Virus record (IMG/VR): IMGVR_UViG_3300024999_000004
Coordinates: 1-64,000 of that record
DNA length: 64,000 nucleotides
Strand: one strand, 5' to 3'
Source: a virus
Positions 27,654 to 36,798 of the stretch are shown here, piece by piece. Under the pieces are notes generated by a model. That model was not told the origin of the DNA. It did not search any database and saw only the letters and a program-made list of their open reading frames with translations. The position numbers were made by a program, and so were the translations under genes. Numbering within the stretch: the stretch's first letter is position 1; each line of letters starts with the position of its first letter.

Positions 27654-28031
27654 TTATTCCTTCCTGCTAACCACCGGCTGCGGAATCTCCGGCACAGAAT
27701 TCGAAACCGTCTGCTTGTTCCCCCACCTCTCCGAGTACAGCCTTTCAAGCAAGAAACGATTCTCTGTGGAAATCCCCCGCATCTCGTTCTGAATCCTGAT
27801 ATTCTCCAAGCTCGAAGCCAGAGTGAGTTCCTTCTTCTTGTGCCTGCACAAGCACTGGTACTGGAACGCCTCGTCGGCATCCAGAAGATCCTGCTCTTCG
27901 TACGAGAGTTCGTTGGCAAGGTAGGCGCTGTCGATGTCCAGCCCGTAGCCCACGGCTTCGAGAACGTGCTTCTTTATGTCTTCGAGCGTCCTATGGGAAG
28001 GGAAGCGCCCGTCATCAAATGTAGTATCCAT
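27654..28031 (-). CDS. Probable terminase small subunit
   Basis: Helical N-terminus and FLLERLYSERWG motif seen in TerS proteins; upstream of TerL with its own promoter. Confidence 0.6.
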   Translation of the reverse strand: MDTTFDDGRFPSHRTLEDIKKHVLEAVGYGLDIDSAYLANELSYEEQDLLDADEAFQYQCLCRHKKKELTLASSLENIRIQNEMRGISTENRFLLERLYSERWGNKQTVSNSVPEIPQPVVSRKE

Positions 28032-28072
28032 CCCCTGCTCCTTGCCGCCTGTCGCTACACGTACCTAAGTCC

Positions 28073-28101
28073 AGAATACGGCAAGAAATGGGAAAAGTCA
28101 A
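28073..28101 (-). promoter_or_regulatory. Sigma70-type promoter
   Basis: TTGACT-17-TATTCT. Confidence 0.55.
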
Positions 28102-28532
28102 GCACCTCCTGCTGCCACGAAAGGTCCTCTAAGAGGGCACAGCGCTTCCATGACCTCCGCAAGAGAGCAGGCAAACACCCCACCATTCCTTTGTATTATG
28201 TTCCCCACCTGATTCAGGGATCTCAACTGCCCCTCATCAAATCCATCTTGCAACACACAAAAGACTGTGTGGTACGGTCTTTTGTTGGAGTCGTCCACAG
28301 CTTCCGCAATAGAGTACACTCCCGTCATCTCTTTCGTTATCACGTACAGACAAATATTGTTGCTGCCGAAGGCTCCGCACTCCTCTCTCTGTTTCCTCTC
28401 TTCCTCCATGCATTCGAGAGTCCAGTCGGGGACAACAGGATTGAAGTAGTCTATTCCTCTTTCTTCCAGCAAAGGAATAAGGGCATCACGCCACGTGCTT
28501 TCGTTGCAGGTTCCTCCGAGAAATACTTTCAT
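28098..28532 (-). CDS. Nucleoside 2-deoxyribosyltransferase-like protein
   Basis: KVFLGGTCNESTWR...YFNPVV.DW...E...LYVIT..MTGVYSIAE. Confidence 0.8.
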   Translation of the reverse strand: MKVFLGGTCNESTWRDALIPLLEERGIDYFNPVVPDWTLECMEEERKQREECGAFGSNNICLYVITKEMTGVYSIAEAVDDSNKRPYHTVFCVLQDGFDEGQLRSLNQVGNIIQRNGGVFACSLAEVMEALCPLRGPFVAAGGA

Positions 28533-28732
28533 CCTTCCGTTCCTTCCGATTGCATATCCGCAATCTGGAGTCTAAGGCTCAGGGCGCTGGCCACTTTGGC
28601 TACCACTGCTTCGTAGCTCCTTCCGGCGATGCGCAATTTGATTGCCTGCCACAAGGTAATATTCAAATTCAGTTCAATGAACGCCTTACCTACTTGCTCT
28701 CGGTACTTCACGTCAGTCCTCCTTTTTGACAA
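28529..28732 (-). CDS. Hypothetical protein
   Basis: Translationally coupled ORF. Confidence 0.5.
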   Translation of the reverse strand: MSKRRTDVKYREQVGKAFIELNLNITLWQAIKLRIAGRSYEAVVAKVASALSLRLQIADMQSEGTEG

Positions 28733-28910
28733 CAGCTACAGGCCTTTCGAAAAACCTCTCTTCAAGTTCCTCCCTCAGATAATACCTCCGCCCTCCCGGA
28801 GTCCTCCGCGCAACAAGTACGCCTTTGTTGTCCCAATTCTGCAGGGTCTTTATGGTGATTCCGAGGAAAGCCGCAGCCTTTCCGGTGGTCAGAATGTATT
28901 CGTTACTCAC
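28713..28910 (-). CDS. MerR-type HTH / excisionase-like DNA-binding protein
   Basis: LTTGKAAAFLGITIKTLQNWDNKG.L...RTPGGRRYY. Confidence 0.85.
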   Translation of the reverse strand: MSNEYILTTGKAAAFLGITIKTLQNWDNKGVLVARRTPGGRRYYLREELEERFFERPVAVVKKED

Positions 28911-29380
28911 GTCAACTTACCTCCGTCCGGTAGTGGCATAGGTGGGGAGGGCAACAATTCAAGACATTCCTTGAGCCCTTGAATCTCGGATTCAAGGGTC
29001 AGGATTCTTTGCTCCATGTCCTTGATCTTTCCCCCGCTGGAGTCGAAATTGCCGAGGGTTGCCCGCATCGGCTGGTGAGTGAAGGGGTGAATACCGGTGT
29101 ATACTATGGGCTCGGGCGGCACCTCAGCGGAGGGCGTAGATGAGAACGGGAGCTTCGAAACTTCCCCAGTGGAACAATCGTAGAGGGTAGATTCGGAGGT
29201 CCATGGCACCTCGGGTGCGGGACTCAAGGACTCAATGGCTTTGACTATAGCCAGCAGGTTGTACTCCGCCCTCCAATAGCAGACATCACACAGCTCTGGA
29301 TGCTTCCCCGCCTTCCTTCCGTGGAGGTGCTCGTTGATGGCATGGGAACCGCATTTAGCGCAGCTGATGTGGTTATTCAA
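28907..29380 (-). CDS. Hypothetical Zn-finger protein
   Basis: CAKCGSHAIN...LCDVCYWR; TTG start with RBS GGAGG. Confidence 0.55.
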   Translation of the reverse strand: MNNHISCAKCGSHAINEHLHGRKAGKHPELCDVCYWRAEYNLLAIVKAIESLSPAPEVPWTSESTLYDCSTGEVSKLPFSSTPSAEVPPEPIVYTGIHPFTHQPMRATLGNFDSSGGKIKDMEQRILTLESEIQGLKECLELLPSPPMPLPDGGKLT

Positions 29381-30044
29381 CTTGTACCTCCAGTGCTTTC
29401 TTGTACGTTCGGGCGTTATCCGCAATCATCATTGCGAAGTTGGCAACGTCAACGGCTTCATCAATGACTCCGTGGATCGTGGAATCCGTGATCTCCAGAC
29501 AAGCAAGACGGAAAGCTGCTTGGCCAAGTTCCGCTACTTCCTTTTCCAGCAAAACAAGCAACTCCGAGAATTCGGAGGCATTCCAACCTCCCTTGTGGTC
29601 ATTCTCCCTCAGCTTGGCCTCCATGCGCTCGGCAAACCAGAGGACGGAAGGACGTGGCTTCCGGGAAAGCACAGGCTCAGGGGTCCAGTGCTTCCATTGG
29701 ACGGGCGGGCCTGCGGAGGGGGTGCTTACATTGGGGCGAGGTAAATCAGGAGCAGGGGTCCATGGCATCGTGGGCTCGGGACTCAAGGAATCCATGGCTC
29801 TTGGCTCGCTGTCTACAAGTGAAGCAACCCATTTGCACAGCAACGCTTCCGTGCGTTGAATTGCTCCGTCGCTTTCTTCGAGAACATCTTCTACAATCTG
29901 CTCTGCAATTTCTCTTGGTGAACACGTTTCCACTTCCTTTGCATCCGTGGCTCGGGGCTCAAGGGTCTGGAGGTATTCGTCCATCTCGTCCTTTGAATAC
30001 ACCGCTGTGGTTTCTCTTGCATAGAAGGGCTCGGGTCTCTTCAT
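29373..30044 (-). CDS. Hypothetical protein with C-terminal MazG-like domain
   Basis: FAERMEAKLREN..KGGW...EKEVAEL...DEAVDVANFAMMI. Confidence 0.6.
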   Translation of the reverse strand: MKRPEPFYARETTAVYSKDEMDEYLQTLEPRATDAKEVETCSPREIAEQIVEDVLEESDGAIQRTEALLCKWVASLVDSEPRAMDSLSPEPTMPWTPAPDLPRPNVSTPSAGPPVQWKHWTPEPVLSRKPRPSVLWFAERMEAKLRENDHKGGWNASEFSELLVLLEKEVAELGQAAFRLACLEITDSTIHGVIDEAVDVANFAMMIADNARTYKKALEVQVE

Positions 30045-30559
30045 TCGGGGGCTCCTTGGGTCTTGAGTGAGGCGCGGGCTCTGACACGGATATCTTCGAG
30101 TTGCACTAAATAGGACTCTTCTGCTTCGTGCGTTGTCATGCTCGGATTTGATGGGGCGTGGATGTGGGCAAAGTATTCCAGTGCCTCCCGCATCCGATGA
30201 ATCCGGGATTCAAGGGGCTCCCTTTTTTCCCTGTCCTGCCCCTCCATTCTCATCCGCAAATCCATCATTTCACGTAACCTGCGCACCTGCTCTTTCAGAT
30301 TCACAATTTCGAGGCTGGCTTCGTGGTACTGCGTTTCGAATGACGGGCAACCAATCCTGCCCTCCCTTTCGTCGTATAAGCACTTTACCGTCTCCCCCGG
30401 AAGAATAAAACCCGGGCCGTAGTCTCCGTGGTGCTTGCATATCTCACGGCAATAAGCACTTCCAAGCATCACTGTCCCTGTCACTCCTTGGGCCTTGTGC
30501 GGGCAGGGGACAAGGCATCTGCCGTTGAGCATGTCGTACGGAACTGGATATTCGTTCAT
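30041..30559 (-). CDS. Hypothetical protein
   Basis: Cys-rich N-terminus and coiled coil; ATGA coupling. Confidence 0.55.
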   Translation of the reverse strand: MNEYPVPYDMLNGRCLVPCPHKAQGVTGTVMLGSAYCREICKHHGDYGPGFILPGETVKCLYDEREGRIGCPSFETQYHEASLEIVNLKEQVRRLREMMDLRMRMEGQDREKREPLESRIHRMREALEYFAHIHAPSNPSMTTHEAEESYLVQLEDIRVRARASLKTQGAPE

Positions 30560-30873
30560 ATTTTCTTCCTTTGTACGTTGCTCATACAACCACGCATATT
30601 TGCTCTAACCCACCACCACACGCTTCTGCCGCTCGACTCTATCAGCTTCGCGTTCTGCAGTAGCCATTCCCCGCGTTCTGCTGAAATCTTTTTTACTCTG
30701 CGGAAACCGTTCCCTCTGAATAGCTTGCCGTTTGAATCCACGATGTTATGGCGCGGGGGCTCATGGGCGGTCAAGGATTCGTAAAAGCCCACGGCCCAAT
30801 GGTCCTGTGGGTCGCCATCGACGTACTTTGTGGCGAGGACGTAATCGCCTTTCTGGAGATTAGGCGCGTTCAT
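30556..30873 (-). CDS. Hypothetical protein (GDYVLATKY.DGDP.D.W.VGF)
   Basis: Coupled ORF. Confidence 0.6.
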   Translation of the reverse strand: MNAPNLQKGDYVLATKYVDGDPQDHWAVGFYESLTAHEPPRHNIVDSNGKLFRGNGFRRVKKISAERGEWLLQNAKLIESSGRSVWWWVRANMRGCMSNVQRKKI

Positions 30874-31067
30874 CCGAGGGCTCCTTGGCTCTTGCTGGTC
30901 AATTCATCCACAATGAAAGAAAGTTTGTGCTGGGGCTCGGGGGGTCCTTGAGGCGGGGAATCCGTGGCCACGGATTCAAAGGCCCGTTGGAGGCAGTCAT
31001 TAATAGTGCGGGACTTCCCGTTCCTTCTTCCGAGGCAGAAAATACGTGATTCATTGGCTCCGTGCAT
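30870..31067 (-). CDS. Hypothetical protein
   Basis: RBS AAGGAG; coupled to the next gene. Confidence 0.45.
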   Translation of the reverse strand: MHGANESRIFCLGRRNGKSRTINDCLQRAFESVATDSPPQGPPEPQHKLSFIVDELTSKSQGALG

Positions 31068-31301
31068 CTGTGGCTCCTTGTGGCGTTGGGTCGGAGAATC
31101 CGGGCTCGGGGGCTTTATACATTCCCATCAAGCACCTTTTGAATTGCCTCAAAAATGGCGTTGTATTGCCCGACGGTAAGATTTGGCTCTCTTCTTTCCT
31201 CCATATTCTTTTTTGCTTCTTCGAATATCACCCGAGTCATTACGCGAATCTTTCGATTCAGATTACCTTCCATCCTGTTACTCCTTGTCCTACTTTACTA
31301 T

Positions 31302-31330
31302 ATATTACCACATAAACCATTGCCTGTCAA
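31302..31330 (-). promoter_or_regulatory. Leftward sigma70 promoter
   Basis: TTGACA-17-TAATAT with extended -10 TG. Confidence 0.7.
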
Positions 31331-31573
31331 GTCCCTTCTGTCAGGAAAAGTGCACATACTCCTGACAAACGAATAAGCGGCCTGTCCTCCGTCTTCACGT
31401 ACATGAAGTGTATAAAATGCTCAGACTGTTCCTAACTACGGAGGGGATGAATCCGGCCCCACCTATAGCGTCGGTCCATACCCCCTCCCCTCCTACGCTA
31501 TAGGTAGCGCCCCGAGCCCTTGAACCTTCGCACTACAACACCATAGCTAGCGTATACCTATGTATAGTATGAC

Positions 31574-31680
31574 CCTACGCTACATGTAGCGTAGGCCCCA
31601 GGTTCACTGAACCCATTCACCTAAATATCGGTTACTGAACCCATTCATTGAACTAGACTCACTGAACCCATTCACCTAAA
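31574..31680. repeat. 22-bp perfect palindrome plus three ACTGAACCCATTCA direct repeats
   Basis: CCTACGCTACATGTAGCGTAGG at 31574-31595; repeats at 31606, 31634 and 31661. Confidence 0.9.
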
Positions 31681-31738
31681 CAGCCCCCATGCGTCGCTTG
31701 ATCCTCTAATAAATCGAATCGAATTCTCCTTTATTTAC

Positions 31739-31766
31739 TTGCGCTTTTCGCGGTATCGTGTATAAT
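31739..31766 (+). promoter_or_regulatory. Rightward promoter for the early gene cluster
   Basis: TTGCGC-16-TATAAT with AT-rich upstream sequence. Confidence 0.6.
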
Positions 31767-31803
31767 GATTATAGGTGATTAGAGCTTACTTGGGGGTGAC
31801 GAG

Positions 31804-31977
31804 ATGAACCAAAATACAGAGTTGACTATATCGCAATTGCGTTTTTCGGAAACCTGGCTTGCGCAGTCTTTGCGCGCAGTAACTCCGGTATATTTCGAGC
31901 ACGAAAAAGCCGCCTTTGAACGGTTGACGTGCGAGCTTGCGCAGGTACGTGCAGAGATTGCAACGCGGAGGGCGTAA
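31804..31977 (+). CDS. Early hypothetical protein (57 aa)
   Basis: First ORF after the promoter; RBS GGGGGTG. Confidence 0.55.
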   Translation: MNQNTELTISQLRFSETWLAQSLRAVTPVYFEHEKAAFERLTCELAQVRAEIATRRA

Positions 31978-31978
31978 A

Positions 31979-32167
31979 ATGCAACACACTAACCCGACCA
32001 TAGCCCCCGCGATGCAATCCGCCATTGACCGCCTTCGTTCCGCTCTTGCACACGGTGCGAGCATGGACCGCGACTATGCGGACGAATGGGCGCGCATGAG
32101 GCGAGCGAGCGCGCGGAATAACGGAATTGCGTACCGTAGTGCGCGCATAGCGCAAGAGGCGGACTAA
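31979..32167 (+). CDS. Early hypothetical protein
   Basis: RBS GGAGG; tightly packed. Confidence 0.55.
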   Translation: MQHTNPTIAPAMQSAIDRLRSALAHGASMDRDYADEWARMRRASARNNGIAYRSARIAQEAD

Positions 32168-32329
32168 ATGGAATACGCTATAAGCATGATCGAATCGCAC
32201 GGGTACCGCGTAGTGTCGCTAGATGCCTTGATATTCGCGGTACTCCATCGCGGACTATTCTATAATGCGATGGACCTTTATTCTGATTTATCCGCAAGCT
32301 TGCGCGATGGAATTATTGAAGAGAGCTAG
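32168..32329 (+). CDS. Early hypothetical protein (53 aa)
   Basis: ATG abuts the previous stop; RBS GAGG. Confidence 0.5.
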   Translation: MEYAISMIESHGYRVVSLDALIFAVLHRGLFYNAMDLYSDLSASLRDGIIEES

Positions 32330-32384
32330 GGACCATGGGCGCGCCGTATGGCGTCGCCTTAGCTTGAGCATAGGAAGGCATAAA

Positions 32385-32669
32385 ATGACTTACTTTGTAG
32401 GCATGATGCAAACGCATAACAAACGGTGGAACAACTTGACGCGAGAACTTGAAACCGTTCCGGAATACCTTATCGATTGCATGGGCTCCGATAGCTATAC
32501 AACGGTTGACGGGAGACTCTCCCGCGACCATGCGATCATGGAAGCGCATAGCGTAGCGGCGAAGCGCGGAAGGCCTGCCTTCTTTGTTATCAAGGCTTCC
32601 AGCTTCCATAATTTTCTTGACTTGCGGGATTCAGGGAAAGGGAAATTCATCCGGACGGTGACAAGATGA
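32385..32669 (+). CDS. Early hypothetical protein
   Basis: RBS AGGAAGG; GSD...VDGRLS. Confidence 0.6.
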   Translation: MTYFVGMMQTHNKRWNNLTRELETVPEYLIDCMGSDSYTTVDGRLSRDHAIMEAHSVAAKRGRPAFFVIKASSFHNFLDLRDSGKGKFIRTVTR

Positions 32670-32908
32670 AACCGCTCATCCGAGATGGAATCTCCATGAT
32701 TCAATCGAATTCCGGCTTGATCAAAATCAAATTCCCCGATAACCGCGAAGCATCCCTCCTTTCCAACGGTCGCCGCCTCTCATGGGATACCTTCGACGGC
32801 TTCCTCCGCGCGGCCCATCGTCCGGAAGGATCAAAGGGGAAAGTATTCGGGAAGAGCGAACGGTACGCGGAAAACGTGAGCGCAGGAATCAGGGAGGCGC
32901 GGAGATGA
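32666..32908 (+). CDS. Early hypothetical protein
   Basis: ATGA coupling. Confidence 0.55.
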   Translation: MKPLIRDGISMIQSNSGLIKIKFPDNREASLLSNGRRLSWDTFDGFLRAAHRPEGSKGKVFGKSERYAENVSAGIREARR

Positions 32909-33276
32909 TGAACCTTGAAGCAAAGGCCCTTTTCGATCAATTCGGACGCAAACTTGAAACAGGGAAGCGGGAATTTTACCGCAAGATCCGCGCCATAAAG
33001 GAAGGCCATATCAACGCGGCAGACTTCCCCGCTACTTTCGCCTGGGAAAGGTCCTGCTATCGCGGACCGGCATATAATGAGGTAGCGATGCACGCACTTT
33101 CCGAATTGCTTGAATGCTACGGCGTAGAATCCATAGACTCAAGCGAAACAAAAAACGGAGAGTATATTGACTACCTGAACGTAGGCGATCCTTACATACC
33201 GACCGTTGTAAGGTGTACCGCATGGACCCATGAATTCAGACTCGCAAAAGGAGGATACGCGGAATTCGTGAAATAG
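32905..33276 (+). CDS. Early hypothetical protein (YGVESI...YLNVGDPYIPT)
   Basis: RBS GGAGG; pattern recurrent in phage early regions. Confidence 0.65.
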   Translation: MMNLEAKALFDQFGRKLETGKREFYRKIRAIKEGHINAADFPATFAWERSCYRGPAYNEVAMHALSELLECYGVESIDSSETKNGEYIDYLNVGDPYIPTVVRCTAWTHEFRLAKGGYAEFVK

Positions 33277-33374
33277 TGCGCTTGCGGGATTCTCTTTATG
33301 GTTTATACTATAAAGGGAATGATGCAATCGAACTATGAGCGATTGAAGTCTAAGCGAGAAGGAAGGTATTGAAT

Positions 33375-33749
33375 ATGAAGGCAAAAAGAGTCTATGACTT
33401 CAGGGGCTTTGAAGGTCCGGACGCTTCGCTTGAAATATCACTTTTTGAGTATGGCCTCGCTTGGAAATGCACAAGCAAAACAAAGCAAGATTATTGCTTT
33501 GTATACGGCGTGCGCGCAAGCGATAAGGGAGAATATGACCGCTTCACCTATGCTACTCTTTCCCTTGACGACTGGAAGTCAATTGTCAATGAATCATGGT
33601 TCAAGGCGGAATCGGTAGGAAATTACTTCGAACGTTCCGCCGAAACCTTGATAGAAGGATTCCCTGAATCTTTGCATGAGGGCGTGATATACCATGGAAC
33701 GGAGAATATTTTCGGTTCTTGCTACCATGAAGGGTTTGTAATAGTATGA
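33375..33749 (+). CDS. Early hypothetical protein (DASLEISLFEYG)
   Basis: RBS AGGAAGG. Confidence 0.65.
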   Translation: MKAKRVYDFRGFEGPDASLEISLFEYGLAWKCTSKTKQDYCFVYGVRASDKGEYDRFTYATLSLDDWKSIVNESWFKAESVGNYFERSAETLIEGFPESLHEGVIYHGTENIFGSCYHEGFVIV

Positions 33750-33910
33750 ACGCGCTGGCGAAATTCGAAGCGGAACCGTGTATCGGCGTACCGCTGGAAT
33801 GGCTTCAACTGATAAAAGCCCACGCGCTTGAGCAAACACGGATTGCATTGATATCGCGCGAGCTGGACGATATGATCGATAGCGCGTGCCTTGACAGCGA
33901 CGAAGATTGA
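33746..33910 (+). CDS. Early hypothetical protein (54 aa)
   Basis: ATGA coupling. Confidence 0.5.
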   Translation: MNALAKFEAEPCIGVPLEWLQLIKAHALEQTRIALISRELDDMIDSACLDSDED

Positions 33911-33925
33911 AAGGAGGGTAGAACC

Positions 33926-34219
33926 ATGAAAAGACAATTCAAGCCAGTACCTTGCAAGTATGGTGCACCTATGGGAAGGGATTCCTTCGGAGACCCGCGC
34001 AAAGTATCGGACAAGCGAATTTCACTTTTCCGCGTCCGTATGGTTGACGGAGACTATGACGACGGAGGCGCGTATTGGGGTGGATATCCTTCCTCTCCGC
34101 TCTACTGCGCAAGGACCGGCGACGGTTCAACCTATCGGGACTTCGCGCGCGCGAAAAGCCGGAAGGAAGCGGCGGAGATAATGGAAATTCCGGACTCCAA
34201 GCTTAAAATAAGGGCATAG
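33926..34219 (+). CDS. Early hypothetical protein (YGAPMGR...GDYDDGGAYWG)
   Basis: RBS AAGGAGG; recurrent phage motif. Confidence 0.7.
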   Translation: MKRQFKPVPCKYGAPMGRDSFGDPRKVSDKRISLFRVRMVDGDYDDGGAYWGGYPSSPLYCARTGDGSTYRDFARAKSRKEAAEIMEIPDSKLKIRA

Positions 34220-34305
34220 AGGGCTTCCCTTTCCTTCCTTGTATAAAGGAAGGATGAGGAAACGCTTTATGCGCTTCATATCCATTTACTAAGGAAGGTA
34301 CTATC

Positions 34306-34548
34306 ATGCGTTCCAAACGTTCCGACCTGATTCGCCGCGCCTTGCGCCTCCGATCCTCGGCCCTCCGCGCCTCCGACCCTCTCATGTGCGCGCTCCTGCT
34401 ACGGCAAGCGAACGCATGTTTGCTTAAATCCGAGCGGCTTGACTCGATACTTCCGAGGAATCCGGTACGCGACTGCCGGGCGGCTATCATCGAAGGTCCC
34501 TATCGTGCCATGGCGCGGGCTTCAAGGTTCGCGGGAATAGAAGACTGA
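34306..34548 (+). CDS. Early basic hypothetical protein
   Basis: RBS AAGGAAGG. Confidence 0.55.
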   Translation: MRSKRSDLIRRALRLRSSALRASDPLMCALLLRQANACLLKSERLDSILPRNPVRDCRAAIIEGPYRAMARASRFAGIED

Positions 34549-34564
34549 AGGAAAGGAAGGAAAC

Positions 34565-34957
34565 ATGAAAGCGGATATATCGAAGACTCAAGGAATGGAT
34601 AAGTTTTCCGTAGGAAACTATCGGGAAAAAGAATTGTACTACGGCTACAAATGCGTAGACAAGAAGGACGAGCGCGCAATCATCGATCTCCGCCTATACG
34701 CTTCCCGGTCCGATAAGTACGGACGCAAATATGCGGTTATCTGGACGAAAGACGGAGCGGGGAAAGGATACGCGGGCGGTTACGGGTATGACAAGAAAAG
34801 CGCAGCCGTAAGCTCCGCGATAGAAGACGCGGGGATAAGCTTGAGCGAAAGGATCGACGGGGTAGGGGAAGATGCAATCCGCTCCGCGCTTTCCGCGATC
34901 ATGGAAGCATACGGCTATACGCCGGAGGCTTGGATTCTCGTCGAATTCTACGCGTAG
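34565..34957 (+). CDS. Early hypothetical protein (G.AGGYGYDK.SAA)
   Basis: RBS; recurrent phage motif. Confidence 0.7.
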   Translation: MKADISKTQGMDKFSVGNYREKELYYGYKCVDKKDERAIIDLRLYASRSDKYGRKYAVIWTKDGAGKGYAGGYGYDKKSAAVSSAIEDAGISLSERIDGVGEDAIRSALSAIMEAYGYTPEAWILVEFYA

Positions 34958-35044
34958 AACGCTTCGCCTGCCTTCCAGTACCTATTGGAAGGCGGATCGA
35001 ATCGCTTTATACACGATTCAATATATTCTCGCAAGGAGCGTACT

Positions 35045-35428
35045 ATGGAAGCAAGGAAAGCAATCGAACAGATCCGGAATGAAGCCTATCACAAGGAACA
35101 AAAGAAGGAAGCCCGCAAAGCCCTGAAGGCCAAAATCGGCTTCATCCCCAAAACCATCGATATTCAAGGCAAGGAATGGTTCGATAAAACGTACGGCAAT
35201 TCTTACTTCTCCGCCGTCGTAACGCTCGATTATCTCCTTCCTACGCAAAAAACCATCGTCCTGCCCTTCCAGTACGGCTACGGGGATTCCTACACGCAAG
35301 CGGCAGCCGAGGCCCTGGGGCTCAAGGCTCCCCTGTCATACTCCGCAAGGGAGGCGGGGATCATGCTGCGCGCGAATATCGAATGCGGATGCCTCCAGAG
35401 GGATGTCAAGAGGTGGGGGAGGGAATGA
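35045..35428 (+). CDS. Early hypothetical protein (WFDK.YGNSYFS...PFQYGYGD)
   Basis: RBS AAGGAG. Confidence 0.7.
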   Translation: MEARKAIEQIRNEAYHKEQKKEARKALKAKIGFIPKTIDIQGKEWFDKTYGNSYFSAVVTLDYLLPTQKTIVLPFQYGYGDSYTQAAAEALGLKAPLSYSAREAGIMLRANIECGCLQRDVKRWGRE

Positions 35429-35850
35429 AGGAAGATCCCCGCGCAAAATTCAAGGAAGAATTCGACAACGAATGGAAGGCCGAAATATTCTCTCCATACG
35501 AGGATATCCCCCTCCTTTACTCTCCCGATAACCTGGAGCGCTTCAAGGAGCGTGTGAAAGTAGCTGCGCTCCTCCGCTATCGGCCTGACGATGAGGGAGT
35601 CCCGATCAACTGGTTCGCAGTCATTCAGGATTTAGGGATCGATTATACGTACATCATAAGGACACCGGAATTCATGGTCCAAAGGATCGAGGGCTACATG
35701 GACCGGCTATATGAATCGGAAGGAGCCTTGATCCGGCTATACAACGGCGGGGCTATAGATATCATGGGGCTTGATTCCGTCAATGCTCGGATTCTCCCGG
35801 AGATTCTACGGGAGATAGCTTTGTACGAGGAAAGGAGCGTATCAAGATGA
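35425..35850 (+). CDS. Early hypothetical protein
   Basis: ATGA coupling; RBS GGAGG. Confidence 0.6.
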   Translation: MKEDPRAKFKEEFDNEWKAEIFSPYEDIPLLYSPDNLERFKERVKVAALLRYRPDDEGVPINWFAVIQDLGIDYTYIIRTPEFMVQRIEGYMDRLYESEGALIRLYNGGAIDIMGLDSVNARILPEILREIALYEERSVSR

Positions 35851-36062
35851 AGGAAGCCCGCTGGAAAACTGCAGTGAAGGAAGAGGCGAAGAAAGGAAAG
35901 GAGGGCTCTTTTATTCCGGCAATAAAGGAGCACAGAAAATTATGGGCAAGAATCCATGAATCCTGCCCCCTGATTCCTATGCCGCTACTATCAAAAAGCA
36001 AGGAAACCATAGAACGATACGCCCTGAAGCAAGGGCTTGTGTTTGTGCGGTTCAGGAGCTAG
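35847..36062 (+). CDS. Early hypothetical protein
   Basis: ATGA coupling; RBS AAGGAG. Confidence 0.55.
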   Translation: MKEARWKTAVKEEAKKGKEGSFIPAIKEHRKLWARIHESCPLIPMPLLSKSKETIERYALKQGLVFVRFRS

Positions 36063-36085
36063 ACCCTACTAAGGAGCACAAGGAA

Positions 36086-36199
36086 ATGAAGAATTCCATC
36101 GTAGTAGACGGGAAGAAGCGAGCTTGTCTTATGAAGCAAGGCAACAAATTCAAGGAACTATTCGACAAAGAATGGCAAGGAGAGTGCTATAATGAATAA
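36086..36199 (+). CDS. 37-aa chimeric mini-ORF (recombination scar or pseudogene)
   Basis: Start identical to the 36502 gene; second half similar to the start of the 35425 gene. Confidence 0.45.
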   Translation: MKNSIVVDGKKRACLMKQGNKFKELFDKEWQGECYNE

Positions 36200-36407
36200 G
36201 GCTTATGTTATTCGAAACAATAAAGGATATATACGTATCTACGAAGATGCGGGATGCTTTGAAGTAGTAGAGGATATCTCTGATGCTACATTCTATGACT
36301 CCGAAACCTTTGCGTATGAGGGGCTGCTCAAACTAGGAAACGCCCTTCGCAGTTTTTCCGTTGAATTCTACCTAATACAATGCGTGGCTATAGTCTACGC
36401 GCGATAA
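36192..36407 (+). CDS. Early hypothetical protein
   Basis: RBS AAGGAG. Confidence 0.55.
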   Translation: MNKAYVIRNNKGYIRIYEDAGCFEVVEDISDATFYDSETFAYEGLLKLGNALRSFSVEFYLIQCVAIVYAR

Positions 36408-36501
36408 CCACAAGGAGGCCGCAGCGACAATATGCACAGTCATAAAATCAGCTTATAGGCGGCGAATTCACCCACAAGAATACAAGAAGGAGCATATCAA
36501 G

Positions 36502-36798
36502 ATGAAGAATTCCATCGTAGTAGACGGGAAGAAGCGGACATGCGTCATTTACGACAACGGAGGGCCGGACGCGCCCGACGGCTCCATAGACCGCTATACC
36601 GTCATCCTCCGGGCCTATCGGGACAAGGGGCTAGGATGCATGGTATATCCCTACCTTGCGTGCTCGGAATCCCCCTTCCAGTCATTCGGGCAGAATGGGG
36701 ATTCATACGAATCAATCCGTGGTAAGCATCTAGGAAAGCGCGTCACCTTCGAAGACGCTCCAGAAGACGTGAAGGCGTTCATACTTCAGGAATTCTAG
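36502..36798 (+). CDS. Early hypothetical protein (YDNGG...DRYTV...HLGKRV.F)
   Basis: RBS AAGGAG; recurrent phage motif. Confidence 0.7.
   Translation: MKNSIVVDGKKRTCVIYDNGGPDAPDGSIDRYTVILRAYRDKGLGCMVYPYLACSESPFQSFGQNGDSYESIRGKHLGKRVTFEDAPEDVKAFILQEF

Noticed and set aside
28713-28910. IS607 element
   Set aside because: Only the MerR-like HTH is present; there is no serine recombinase domain or TnpB.
30870-31067. Terminase-like Walker A fragment (GRRNGKS)
   Set aside because: A seven-residue match in a 65-aa ORF with no other ATPase motifs.
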